In this document: one piece after another, positions 1 through 9,743 of the stretch
How positions within the stretch are numbered: position 1 is the stretch's first letter
Layout: every line of letters begins with the position of its first letter
Virus record (IMG/VR): IMGVR_UViG_3300021431_000118
Location: 5,530 to 69,529 of that record
Source of the DNA: a virus
Taxonomy: Duplodnaviria > Caudoviricetes
DNA: 64,000 nucleotides
Reading direction: 5' to 3' (one strand)
Made by a program: the position numbers and the translations under genes
Notes under the pieces: generated by a model
The model's database searches: none
Told to the model about the DNA's origin: nothing
Seen by the model: the letters and a program-made list of their open reading frames with translations, nothing else

Positions 1-282
1 TATACAACCCACTGATGAGAGCCTCCCGTCAATCCAGGGAGTGCCTGGGCATGTGGTGAGAGGAGAGTCCCTGCCTTAGTGGGAACCGGAAAAAGCGGCT
101 GGAACAAACTGCGGCGGCTCAGTTAGATGGGATAAGCGCCTGCGCTCGTCCCTGGTTTACAACCGCAAACCGCTGGCGTATGCGGGATAGTAATTGGCGT
201 ACAGGTTTGGAATTCACCGCGGGTCCACCAACGGGCTCACCGTAACAGTCGGATTTTAATGAATCAATGGAGGTGAAGCTGC

Positions 283-1305
283 GTGGGTCGAAAGACAAAG
301 ATGAACTCTATCACCTCTCCGGAGAAGCTCGCGCAGGTGAACCCGGAGAATACGCGTCTGGTTGACGACTTCCTGAATTATCTGCGTTCCACGGAGCGCA
401 GCGAGACAACGATACACGGATACCGGAACGATCTGGAGATCGCGATGGTCTGGTGTCTGGAACAGAACGGGAACAAGCCTTTCACGGAGTGGACGAAGAG
501 AAACATCGTGGCATTCCAGAACTGGCTGATGTTCACCAACGAGAACAGCCCGGCGCGGGTGCGGCGGATGAAGGCCGCGCTCTCCTCCATGTCCAACTAT
601 GTGGAGAACGTACTGGACGACGAGTATCCGGGCTTCCGGAACATCATCAACAAAATCGAGAGTCCGCTCAACCGCCCAGTCCGCGAGAAGACAGTATGGG
701 AAGAAGAAGATCTGGAGGAGTTGCTGGAGAAGCTGGTCGCCGGGAAACAGTACGAGAAGGCGTGCATGCTGGCGCTCGCCGTATACGGCGGACGGCGCAA
801 GGCAGAGCTCTGCCGGTTCCGGGTGTCTGACTTTGACGACGACAAGCTGGTTTGCAGCAACGCCCTGTACAAGAGCGCACCCATCAAGACGAAGGGTAAG
901 GGCGGCGGGAAGATCATCCCATGCTATACGCTGGCAAAGAAATTCAAGCCATACCTCGACCTATGGATGGAGGAGCGGAAAGAGAATGGCATCGAGAGCG
1001 AATGGCTGTTCCCGAATCCGGATGATCCGAAGGAACAGGTACCGATCTCAACAGTGAACAGCTGGGCGAATACCTTCAGCAGACTGTCTGGGAGGAACTT
1101 CTACTGGCACAGTCTGCGGCACGCATTCACGACCAGTCTCGCGAAAGCGGGCATCCCGGACAGCGTAATCCAGACGATCGTCAACTGGGAGAGCGCAGAC
1201 ATGGTGCGCATCTACAAAGATATCGACGCGGACGACGAGATCGGGATGTACTTCAAAGACGGCGACATTATCGCGCCGGAGCAGAAGGGTCTCAGCGAGC
1301 TGTAA
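283..1305 (+). CDS. Tyrosine recombinase (XerC/D-like)
   Basis: Catalytic motifs GRRKAEL (R), KTKG (K), HSLRH (HxxR), NWES..MVRIY (W, Y). SAM-like N-terminus. SD GGAGGTGA 6 nt before the GTG. Confidence 0.9.
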   Translation: MGRKTKMNSITSPEKLAQVNPENTRLVDDFLNYLRSTERSETTIHGYRNDLEIAMVWCLEQNGNKPFTEWTKRNIVAFQNWLMFTNENSPARVRRMKAALSSMSNYVENVLDDEYPGFRNIINKIESPLNRPVREKTVWEEEDLEELLEKLVAGKQYEKACMLALAVYGGRRKAELCRFRVSDFDDDKLVCSNALYKSAPIKTKGKGGGKIIPCYTLAKKFKPYLDLWMEERKENGIESEWLFPNPDDPKEQVPISTVNSWANTFSRLSGRNFYWHSLRHAFTTSLAKAGIPDSVIQTIVNWESADMVRIYKDIDADDEIGMYFKDGDIIAPEQKGLSEL

Positions 1306-1349
1306 CGATACCACAGATAAAACGCAGGGACAGCAGCATGAGCGGCAGT

Positions 1350-1390
1350 GCCGCCGTATGGGTATCCCGGCGGTTTTATTATTATTTTTT
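1350..1390 (+). terminator. Probable intrinsic terminator
   Basis: GCCGCCG/CGGCGGT stem followed by a T-rich run, downstream of the recombinase. Confidence 0.5.
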
Positions 1391-1480
1391 TATTAGTTTA
1401 ATCTAACCATAGTCGACACGACGGGTCGAACCTTATGTGGACGGTTGAGTTTACAAGGTATGGGGAAAAGGAGAAGGAAC

Positions 1481-1933
1481 ATGGTAAGAAAGGAACTGGT
1501 GCGGCGCATTGCGTCCGTGCTGCGAGAAAACAATATACGAAAACCGATATCGGTCCCGAAACAGGTGTTTCACATTTCGGACGATGAGGGGAACCATACG
1601 AATTTCTCTGTCAAGAAGACAGAGAAAAGCGTGCTGTTTACCATTGAAGATATTGAGGCAATCCTGGATGTGCTGCAGTATGTGATCCAGGAGGCTATCA
1701 AGGAAGGCGAAGAGATCTCCGTATTCGGATTCGGAAAGCTTGGGCTGCGGTATCTCAAACCGAAGACAGTGAAGAACGTACTGGACGGACAGCCAGTGAA
1801 CATCCCAGGCTATTATGCACCGCGCTTTCTGCCGGGCAATGATCTGAAGCGATGCGCACAGCTGTACACGCAGAAAATGGAAGATATGAAAATCAACGAG
1901 CCGCTGCCAATCTTCCGGGAAGAGGATGACTGA
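1481..1933 (+). CDS. HU/IHF-like DNA-binding protein
   Basis: M.RKELVRRIA start and EAIKEGEEISVFGFGKL...PKTVKN..DG.PVNIP..YAPRFLPG.DLK, the HU signature. Start placed at ATG 1481 after AAGGAG. Confidence 0.8.
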   Translation: MVRKELVRRIASVLRENNIRKPISVPKQVFHISDDEGNHTNFSVKKTEKSVLFTIEDIEAILDVLQYVIQEAIKEGEEISVFGFGKLGLRYLKPKTVKNVLDGQPVNIPGYYAPRFLPGNDLKRCAQLYTQKMEDMKINEPLPIFREEDD

Positions 1934-1935
1934 AG

Positions 1936-2982
1936 ATGCCGATCGAGGTATCGAACGAGCGAACATCCTGCTGTCGGTGCGGCACGGCATACGGCAGAAA
2001 GAAGGGATACTTCCCTGTCAGCTACGGCGCTCTCTATAAGGGCGCAGGATACCTCCCCTACTGTAAGAGCTGCGTGGACACGATGTACAACGATTATCTC
2101 GCTCAGAGCGGAGACGTGAACACAGCGGTACGGCAAATGTGCAGAAAGCTCGATCTCTACTGGAACGAGACGGTGTGCGAGTCGGTGGCGAAGAAGGCAA
2201 CGACGCGCACCATGATGACGAACTATATCCAGAGGATCAACAACATTGCGTATGCGGGAAAGTGTTATGACGACACGCTGGCAGAGGAAGGGCGACTCTG
2301 GAAGTTCAATGAAGGCGCCGTAGTTGATGCAGTCGGATTGTCGCCGGACGGGCTGCAGGTATCCGGGATCAGGAGCGGAGACAGCGACGACACGGACGGA
2401 GACGGCGTAGAATTCGACGACATCCCCGAGGAGGTCATCCAGTACTGGGGGCCCGGGTACACTCCGGAGCGGTACCAGGATCTGGAGACAAGACGGACAT
2501 ACTGGATCAACAACCTGCCGGACGGCATAACGCCGGACGTCGGCATGGAGGCACTGATCCGGCAAATCTGCGTGCTGGAGATTGACATCAACCGTCTCAG
2601 TGCGTCCGGAAAATCTGCGGAGAAGCAGATCGGTATGCTGGATAAGCTGATCAGTTCCATGAACCTGAAACCTGGACAGAAGGGCGACGACAGTGGGTTT
2701 GACAAAACGCCATTCGGCGTATGGATCGACAGGCTGGAGCACGAGCGCCCGGTGGCAGATCCCGATCCGGAGTTGAGCGACGTGGACGGAATTGCACAGA
2801 AAATATCCACATGGTTCTACGGGCATGCCAGCAAGATGCTGGGCATCAAGAATCTGTTCTGCAAGCTGTATGAGGATAAGATGGAAGAGTTCCGTATTGA
2901 GCGCGGCGAATCCGAGGATGAGGAGGACGACGGATACGAGAGCCTCTTCAACCGGATCTTTGGCGGCGGTGCGGACGGATGA
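1936..2982 (+). CDS. Putative terminase small subunit (Cys-rich N-terminus)
   Basis: Directly upstream of TerL with a 4-nt overlap. Two CxxC pairs. Assignment is positional. Confidence 0.5.
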   Translation: MPIEVSNERTSCCRCGTAYGRKKGYFPVSYGALYKGAGYLPYCKSCVDTMYNDYLAQSGDVNTAVRQMCRKLDLYWNETVCESVAKKATTRTMMTNYIQRINNIAYAGKCYDDTLAEEGRLWKFNEGAVVDAVGLSPDGLQVSGIRSGDSDDTDGDGVEFDDIPEEVIQYWGPGYTPERYQDLETRRTYWINNLPDGITPDVGMEALIRQICVLEIDINRLSASGKSAEKQIGMLDKLISSMNLKPGQKGDDSGFDKTPFGVWIDRLEHERPVADPDPELSDVDGIAQKISTWFYGHASKMLGIKNLFCKLYEDKMEEFRIERGESEDEEDDGYESLFNRIFGGGADG

Positions 2983-4775
2983 ATGACAGATACAACAGAA
3001 TCCTGAAGGGCGTATCAACATGGACGGCATACTACCGGGCGAATATCCACCGGTTTGCGGCGGACTATCTGCATCTGGAGCTGCACTGGTTCCAGAAGAT
3101 TCTGCTGTTCATGATGAACATCAACATTGTGGCGGTGTACATCGGCAGCCGCGGTCAGGGAAAAACATGGCTATGCGCGGTGTACTGCTGCTGCAGAGCG
3201 ATCCTGTACCCGCATTCCAAAATATGCCTCGCGTCCGGAACGAGGGGTCAGGCCTATCAGATCATCGAAAAGATACAGACTGACTTAATCCCCTATTCGC
3301 CTGAGCTCAACGCGGAGATCGACTGGAAGGCGTCCAGGTTTAACGGAACGCAGGCCATCGTATACTTCCGCAACGGCAGCTTCATCAAGGTCGTCACAGC
3401 GGGAGAATCCGCGCGAGGCAACAGAGCGCATGTCCTGATCCTGGACGAGTTCAGGCTGATCGATAAGGATACAATCGACACCATCCTGAGAAAGTTCCTG
3501 TCGTCGAAGCGGACACCGCTCTATCAGGAGCTAACGAAAGAAGAAAAGCTCAAGCAGAAGGACAAGGAACAGCTGCAGACGCTGTACTTCAGCTCCGGGT
3601 ACTACCAAGATCACTGGAGTTACGAGAAGAGTGCGGACACCTTTGTACGTATGCTGAGCGGGCGGAAGGAGTTCATCGTTGGGCTTCCCTGGCAGCTGGC
3701 TGTCGAGGAAGGCATGCTGGAGATGGAGGACGTGGAGGCACAGATGTCCGAGTCCGACTTCACGGAGGTGAAGTGGGCGATGGAGATGGAGGCCATGTTC
3801 TGGGGCGCCGGCGACGGCTCGTTCTTTGACTATGATTCGATAGCCAAGAACAGACATCTCAAGTATCCGATGTACCCGGAGAGGCTGGCGTCCAAATTCG
3901 GCGGAGGAAAGAACGCAACGCTTGTGCGCATCCCGCCGAAGGTGCCGAACGAGATCAGAATCCTGTCGGCGGACGTGGCGCTGATGAGCTCGCGGAAGCA
4001 CAACAACGACGCGACGGCAATCTTCGTCAACCAGATGATACCTACGAAATCCGGTCGGTATACCAATAATATTGTCTATACGGAAAACATGGAAGGGCTG
4101 CGCACAGAGGATCAGGCGCTGATTATCCGGAAGCTCTACGACGAATTTGACTGCGACTATATCGTGCTGGACTGTCAGGGCGTCGGCCTCGGCGTATACG
4201 ACTGTCTCGCGAGAGACATTGCGGACCCGGAGAGCGGCGAGCAGTACCCGGCACTGTCATGCTGCAACGATCCTACCATGGCGGAACGCTGCACGGTGAT
4301 CGGAGCGCCGAAGGTAATCTGGGCGATCAAGGCGAACGCGCAGTTCAACTCCGATTGCGCGGTGCTGCTGCGTGAGGGATTCCGCAGCGGAAGAATCCGG
4401 TTGCTGATGAACGAATACGAGGCGGAGGAGCTGCTGTCGGATGTAGGCGGATATACCAAGCTGAATCCGCCGGAGCGGCTGGCACTGCAGCTGCCGTATA
4501 TCAACACCACCTTGCTGATTGACGAGCTGGTGCATCTGCACCACGACGAGTCGAACGGCAAGGTACGTATCTATGAGAAGGCGGGAATGCGAAAGGACAG
4601 ATATTCCAGCCTGGCATACAACTATTACGTTGCGACACAGATGGAAGCGAAGGCGACCAGAAAGAGCAACCAGGCGATCGGCACGGAGACCTTCCATGTC
4701 CGGGCGCCGAAATACGGAAAAGAAAGGACGGTGAAGTCCTACGGAAGAAACAAAGCTCCGCAGTGGAGCAGATAA
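2979..4775 (+). CDS. terL: Terminase large subunit
   Basis: Walker A GSRGQGKT, Walker B ILDE, nuclease acidic motifs LSADVA, LDCQGVG and KDRYS. Confidence 0.93.
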   Translation: MNDRYNRILKGVSTWTAYYRANIHRFAADYLHLELHWFQKILLFMMNINIVAVYIGSRGQGKTWLCAVYCCCRAILYPHSKICLASGTRGQAYQIIEKIQTDLIPYSPELNAEIDWKASRFNGTQAIVYFRNGSFIKVVTAGESARGNRAHVLILDEFRLIDKDTIDTILRKFLSSKRTPLYQELTKEEKLKQKDKEQLQTLYFSSGYYQDHWSYEKSADTFVRMLSGRKEFIVGLPWQLAVEEGMLEMEDVEAQMSESDFTEVKWAMEMEAMFWGAGDGSFFDYDSIAKNRHLKYPMYPERLASKFGGGKNATLVRIPPKVPNEIRILSADVALMSSRKHNNDATAIFVNQMIPTKSGRYTNNIVYTENMEGLRTEDQALIIRKLYDEFDCDYIVLDCQGVGLGVYDCLARDIADPESGEQYPALSCCNDPTMAERCTVIGAPKVIWAIKANAQFNSDCAVLLREGFRSGRIRLLMNEYEAEELLSDVGGYTKLNPPERLALQLPYINTTLLIDELVHLHHDESNGKVRIYEKAGMRKDRYSSLAYNYYVATQMEAKATRKSNQAIGTETFHVRAPKYGKERTVKSYGRNKAPQWSR

Positions 4776-6234
4776 TATAACGGGCGAGATCGGCATCTCG
4801 CGAAAATTTGCGCAGAACTTCGCATCGATCAACCGACTGATCACGCGGGATCTGAACAATCTGAGACGGTCGCCGACCTTCTACCGTTACACCAAAGACG
4901 ACATCGCGACTTACATCGCAAATCCGTACCGGTATGAAAAGCAGCTGCGGCATGCGGTGGTCTATCTGTACGGGGCGAGCTCGCTGTTCCGCCGGCTGAT
5001 CCAGTACTTCGTCGGACTGAGCGATCTGGCGTATGTGGTATCGCCGCGGGTCGACCCGAAGACGGCGAACATCAACAGCGTGAACCGGAACTACCGGAAG
5101 GTGCTGAACACGATGACGGCGTTCCATGTACGGACACAGCTGCCGAAGATCCTCACGGTATGTTTCCGGGAGGACGTGTTCTACGCGACGCTCTGGGTGA
5201 CGACGGACGACATCATCATCCAGCAGCTGCCGAGCGATTACTGTCAGATCAGCACGATTGAAAACAACGTGCCGAACGTGAACTTCAACTTCTCGTACTT
5301 CGATATATATCCGGATGAGCTGGAGAACTTCCCGCCGGAGTTTACGACAAAATACAGGATGTATCAGGCCGACAGGCGACTCCGCTGGATCGAGCTTGAC
5401 GCGCCGAACTCCTTTGCGATCAAATGCAATTCGGACATTCTGGAATACGCCATGCCGCCATTCGTCGGCATCCTGCGGGATCTCTATGACCTGGAGGACT
5501 ACCGCGACCTGAAGAAGACCAAGGCTATCCTGGAGAACTACGCCATGCTGGTGATGAAGCTGGCGATGGACGACGACGGCAACTGGCTGCTGGACTACGA
5601 CAAGGCGGTGGCCTTCTGGCGGAACCTGGACAGCATCACGCCGGAGGAGATCGGAACGATTCTCTCGCCGATGGATATTGAGAAGATCAGCTTTGAGAAG
5701 TCCAACACAGGAGACACGGACAAGGTGGCGGAGGCAACGGAGAACGTCTTCACGACAGCCGGCGTCTGCTCCCTGATCTTCAATAACTCCAAGGCGTCAG
5801 CCAACGCCCTGCTGCTGAGCATCAAGGCGGACCAGATGATGACCTACGGGATCGTGAAAAACATTGAGAACGCCATCAACCGCTTCATCCAGCGGCAGAG
5901 CTACGGCAAGTACTGGACGGTCACCTTCCTGGACTGCTCGCCCTACAACCGCAAGGAGATGGGCGACCAGTATCTGAAGGCATGCCAGGTCGGCGTGCCG
6001 ATGATCTCCTATTACTGTGCGTCCCAGGGTCTGGGACAGGCGGAGCTGGACAGCATGAGCTATCTGGAGGGAACAGTGCTCGGATTGCAGAAGATGTTCA
6101 AGCCGCTCCGGAATTCCGCGCAGATGACGCAGGCGGAGCTGAACGCGCAGACGGGCCGTCCGACGAAGGACGACGACGAGATCACAGACTCAACGGAGCA
6201 GACAAGAGAAGACTCCGACGACTGGGACCGTTAG
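4741..6234 (+). CDS. Portal protein (start uncertain; frame is open from 4735, first ATG/GTG/TTG only at 4957)
   Basis: Position after TerL and size about 500 aa. The region upstream of 4957 reads as protein (YTKDDIATYIANPYRYEKQLR). Confidence 0.8.
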   Translation, partial: TEETKLRSGADNITGEIGISRKFAQNFASINRLITRDLNNLRRSPTFYRYTKDDIATYIANPYRYEKQLRHAVVYLYGASSLFRRLIQYFVGLSDLAYVVSPRVDPKTANINSVNRNYRKVLNTMTAFHVRTQLPKILTVCFREDVFYATLWVTTDDIIIQQLPSDYCQISTIENNVPNVNFNFSYFDIYPDELENFPPEFTTKYRMYQADRRLRWIELDAPNSFAIKCNSDILEYAMPPFVGILRDLYDLEDYRDLKKTKAILENYAMLVMKLAMDDDGNWLLDYDKAVAFWRNLDSITPEEIGTILSPMDIEKISFEKSNTGDTDKVAEATENVFTTAGVCSLIFNNSKASANALLLSIKADQMMTYGIVKNIENAINRFIQRQSYGKYWTVTFLDCSPYNRKEMGDQYLKACQVGVPMISYYCASQGLGQAELDSMSYLEGTVLGLQKMFKPLRNSAQMTQAELNAQTGRPTKDDDEITDSTEQTREDSDDWDR

Positions 6235-6252
6235 TCCGGGAGGGTCGGAGCA

Positions 6253-6471
6253 ATGTTCTATTATGTATTCAGCGAGGCCGACCGCGACAGAATGATCGCG
6301 GCAGGCTTCGCTTTTGTATGCGAGGACAGAGGCTCGAAGGCCTGGGTGTTCCTCGCGGACTCATCCGGAACCCATGCGGTGCCGGAGGATGTACTGAAGG
6401 TCGTCTCGTCCAGGCTGGCCTTCAACGGGGCAATCGGGAATCAGAAAGACGGAGGTGTTCGGAATGCTTAA
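6253..6471 (+). CDS. Small hypothetical protein
   Basis: 72-aa ORF filling the portal-protease gap, with GGAG SD. Confidence 0.65.
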   Translation: MFYYVFSEADRDRMIAAGFAFVCEDRGSKAWVFLADSSGTHAVPEDVLKVVSSRLAFNGAIGNQKDGGVRNA

Positions 6472-8044
6472 GAAAATGAGACTGTATTTTGAAGACACCT
6501 CTCTCAGCGATCTGAAGGATGTGAACCAGTCGTTTGCGACGGGAACGCTGAAGGTGATGTACACCGGGGACAACCAGAACGGAAGCTCCTTCAGCCAGGA
6601 GGTCGTGGAGGCGGCGCTGCCAAGCATCGCCAACATCCCGATTGTGGCGCACTACGACCGGGACTTAAACCAGATCGGCTCCCATGATATGGAGCTGGTC
6701 ATCAAGGATGATGTCCCCGATCTGATCCCGCTGACCAAGCCATGCGGCGTCGTGCCGGAGCGGGCAACGGCGGAGTTCTCCACGGAGACGGGGCCTGACG
6801 GGGCACGGCACAACTACCTGTCCATCAGTCCGGTCATCCTCTGGAAGCGGGAGAAGGAAGTCTACAACCACATCGTGAACGACCTGGGAGGAAGGGTCGA
6901 CCACTCGATGGAGATCAACATCACGGCTTACCACAAGGATAAGGACTCAGACGTCCTGGCGGTGGACAGCTTCGAGTTTGAAGCGCTCTGCCTGCTGGAG
7001 GCGGCGAGGCCGTGCTTTGAGGGAAGCGAGCTGGAACTCTTCAGCGCAAGAGAATTCAAATCCAAAATGGAAGAGATGATGGCGGAGCTGAGAGAGACAT
7101 TTGCACAGGTCAATCCTCCGGAAGCGGAGATTGATATAGACAAGAACGATTTTGACACGGAAGGAGGAAGAGTTTTGGACGAAAAACTGGCACTGCTTGC
7201 AGAATTTGAACTGGACGCGGAGTCGCTTGATTTTTCGCTCGACGATTTCTCTGTTGAAGAGCTGCGTGAGAAGTTTGAGGCGATGAAGGGAGCTGACGCC
7301 GGGCAGGAACCGACTGCGACGTTTGAGCTTTCCGGTAATCTTCGCAAGGTTCTGTCGGACGCTCTCGGAGAGAGATATGTCGAGAAGCCGTGGGGACCGG
7401 AGCACGCCTACTGGTTTGAAGATTATGACCAGGAGGCCGGTATGGTCTATGCGTGCAGCACGGAAAACTGGAACCTGTACGGGTTCCCGTTCAGCATGAA
7501 CGGAGACGCAGCGGTCATCGACTTCGACGCCGGAAAGCGTGTGAAGCGTGCATTCGTCGAGTTCGACGAGGGAGGCGCAGAAGAGACCGAGACCGTGGGG
7601 ATGTTCTCTGCGGTTGAGGAAAAGGTCGCAGAAAACGAGAAGGCATGGGCAGAAAAGTACGAGGCGCTGAACGCGGAGTGTGAGGAACTGAACGCGAAGT
7701 ATGAGGCGCTGAAGGAATCCACTGCCGATGTCGAGGAGCTGCGCAGCTTCAAGGCCAACGCCGAGAAGGCAGCGTATGAGGCGGAGATCGAGGAAGTCTT
7801 CGCGCAGTTTGAAGACCTGGAAGGGAACGAAGCCTTCGAGGCGCTGCGTGAGAACCACGAGGAATATGACGCCGCCGCGCTGGAAAAGGAATGCTTCGCA
7901 ATCCGCGGCATGACGGCTGTAATGCCGGCAAAGTTCTCCGCAAAGGAGAAGACCCCGAAACTGAAACCGGGGAAGAGTGACTACAGGGACGAGAAAGAGC
8001 CCTACGGCGGGCTGTTCCGTGAATTCGGACCGCACCGCGATTAA
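6464..8044 (+). CDS. Prohead protease-scaffold fusion
   Basis: N-terminal protease-like motifs (PIVAHY, HSMEI) and an acidic coiled-coil C-terminal half. Position before the capsid genes. SD GGAGG. Confidence 0.8.
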   Translation: MLKKMRLYFEDTSLSDLKDVNQSFATGTLKVMYTGDNQNGSSFSQEVVEAALPSIANIPIVAHYDRDLNQIGSHDMELVIKDDVPDLIPLTKPCGVVPERATAEFSTETGPDGARHNYLSISPVILWKREKEVYNHIVNDLGGRVDHSMEINITAYHKDKDSDVLAVDSFEFEALCLLEAARPCFEGSELELFSAREFKSKMEEMMAELRETFAQVNPPEAEIDIDKNDFDTEGGRVLDEKLALLAEFELDAESLDFSLDDFSVEELREKFEAMKGADAGQEPTATFELSGNLRKVLSDALGERYVEKPWGPEHAYWFEDYDQEAGMVYACSTENWNLYGFPFSMNGDAAVIDFDAGKRVKRAFVEFDEGGAEETETVGMFSAVEEKVAENEKAWAEKYEALNAECEELNAKYEALKESTADVEELRSFKANAEKAAYEAEIEEVFAQFEDLEGNEAFEALRENHEEYDAAALEKECFAIRGMTAVMPAKFSAKEKTPKLKPGKSDYRDEKEPYGGLFREFGPHRD

Positions 8045-8065
8045 AACTGAAGGAGGAATTTACCT

Positions 8066-8593
8066 ATGGCTTATGCAGTAGTTCGTACGGACAAGCTGAT
8101 GGGTACGGATGTCCGCTCCATGCTGGAGTCTGTTCTGTACCTCGGCGCAGATGGCGCCACCCCCACCGAAATTGAAAACGGTAATGTTCTGAAGGTCGGC
8201 GCACTGAATGCCGTTGACGCCAATGCCGGCATCTATGAGCGCGAAGTGAAGGTCGGCGCGGTTCCCGCAGCCGGCGACAAGCTGGACGACATCGTCCTCG
8301 TGGCGACCCCCGAGGTCATGTATGACGAGCGCAAGCGCAGTCTGACCGAGTTCATCAATGAAGCCGGACGCATCGTGCGCGGCTATCACCTGCACAGCGG
8401 AGACATCTTCTCCGTGACCAAAGAGGCTCTGGATGGAGCAGCCGCTCCCGCCATCGGCAACGCCGTTGAGCTGAAGGCCGGCACCAAGCTGAACGTCGCG
8501 GCTTCCGCCACCTCCGGCTCCACCCAGGTCGGCAAGATCCTTGCCATCGACGTTGTGGGCCGTCTGACCTATTACGTCATCCAGGTTGCTTAA
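8066..8593 (+). CDS. Head decoration/cement protein
   Basis: Lies between scaffold and MCP. Ala/Gly-rich beta protein with highly expressed codon style and strong SD AAGGAGG. Confidence 0.65.
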   Translation: MAYAVVRTDKLMGTDVRSMLESVLYLGADGATPTEIENGNVLKVGALNAVDANAGIYEREVKVGAVPAAGDKLDDIVLVATPEVMYDERKRSLTEFINEAGRIVRGYHLHSGDIFSVTKEALDGAAAPAIGNAVELKAGTKLNVAASATSGSTQVGKILAIDVVGRLTYYVIQVA

Positions 8594-8627
8594 TCTGGGC
8601 GAAATACTTTGAAAGGAGACTACCATC

Positions 8628-9656
8628 ATGGCAGATATGAAAGATATTGTCAAGCTGGGTGTAGACCTGTACCACGGCACGCCCGAGCAGTACTCCGTCC
8701 GTGACGGAAACGAGACTCTGCGCGAGGCTCTGATCGCCGCAAACAACGGCTCCACCAAGATGGATTACCGCGCCATTCGCGACGGTAAGTGCAACGGCCT
8801 CTTCGCCATTATCGAAGAGATTCTGGACAACACGGTCATCGAAGGTCTAACCGGCAATGAGTTCTTCAACAACTACGTTGATTACCGCAACCTGGCTCTC
8901 GGCGACGAGAACCTCTTCCAGGTCGATGATGACCTGCTCTTTGAAGTTGCCCGCATTGCGGATGGCACCCAGGGCATCCGCCGTCAGCGTCTGGCCGGTG
9001 GTACCGAAGCCAGCATCAAGACCGAAATGCATGCTATCCGTATCTATGAGGAGCTCAACCGCGTCCTCTCCGGTCGCGTTGACTTCAACGAACTGATCCG
9101 CAAGGTCGGCGACAGCTTCCAGCGTCAGATCCTGAACGACATCTATGCCGTCTGGTGTGGAGCCATCAAGCCCAACGTCGCCGGCGGCGCCGCTCTCGGC
9201 AGCGCTGTGTACTTCCCCGCAGCCGGCTCTTACAGCGAGAGCGCCATGCTCGAGCTGATCGACCATGTCGAAGCCGCATCCGGCAAGGAAGCTACCATTG
9301 TCGGTACCAAGAAGGCTCTGCGTAACCTGCAGGAGAGCATCCAGTCCGACGGAGCGAAGGATGAGCTCCATACGATGGGCTACTACGGCAAATTTTTCGG
9401 GACCAACTGCATCATGCTCCCGCAGCGTCACAAGGTCGGCAGCACCGACTTCCTGCTGGACAACAATGTGCTCATGGTTGTCGCCGGCGACTCCAAGCCC
9501 GTGAAGTTCGTGTATGAGGGCGATCCTCTCATTATCCCCGGCGATCCGACCACCAACGCGGATCTCACTCAGGAGTACTTCTATGGGCAGAAATACGGAG
9601 TCGGCCTTATCGTCTCCGGCAACCAGGGCATCGGCGCCTACACGCTGCAGGCCTGA
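8628..9656 (+). CDS. Major capsid protein
   Basis: 342 aa, position in the head module, strong SD, C-ending codon bias, followed by a terminator. Confidence 0.88.
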   Translation: MADMKDIVKLGVDLYHGTPEQYSVRDGNETLREALIAANNGSTKMDYRAIRDGKCNGLFAIIEEILDNTVIEGLTGNEFFNNYVDYRNLALGDENLFQVDDDLLFEVARIADGTQGIRRQRLAGGTEASIKTEMHAIRIYEELNRVLSGRVDFNELIRKVGDSFQRQILNDIYAVWCGAIKPNVAGGAALGSAVYFPAAGSYSESAMLELIDHVEAASGKEATIVGTKKALRNLQESIQSDGAKDELHTMGYYGKFFGTNCIMLPQRHKVGSTDFLLDNNVLMVVAGDSKPVKFVYEGDPLIIPGDPTTNADLTQEYFYGQKYGVGLIVSGNQGIGAYTLQA

Positions 9657-9692
9657 TTGTATCCATAAGTTAACTAAATCTAACTAAGCAGC

Positions 9693-9720
9693 GGGGAGTC
9701 CGAAAGGGCTCCCCTTCTGC
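9693..9720 (+). terminator. Hairpin terminator after MCP
   Basis: GGGGAGTCC-GAAA-GGGCTCCCC then TT. Confidence 0.65.
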
Positions 9721-9743
9721 ATGAATAAAAGGAGTTTAAGAAT

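Noticed and set aside
12-120. Hammerhead (CTGATGA at 12-18), RNase P-like (GAGGAGAGTCC) and SRP-like (CCGGAAAAAGCGGC) fragments
   Set aside because: Only isolated partial matches. The required partner elements (stem II + GAAA, spacing, helix context) are absent.
1813-3030. Long antisense and alternate-frame ORFs (e.g. 1813-3030, 6947-8035, 22886-23770, 39001-40044 on -, 61526-62374 on +)
   Set aside because: They are shadows of well-supported genes in GC-rich DNA, with no SD and no recognisable motifs
1398-9690. AATCTAAC motif upstream of the HU-like gene (~1398) and after the MCP (~9677) as a late promoter
   Set aside because: Only two short AT-rich occurrences; not distinguishable from chance
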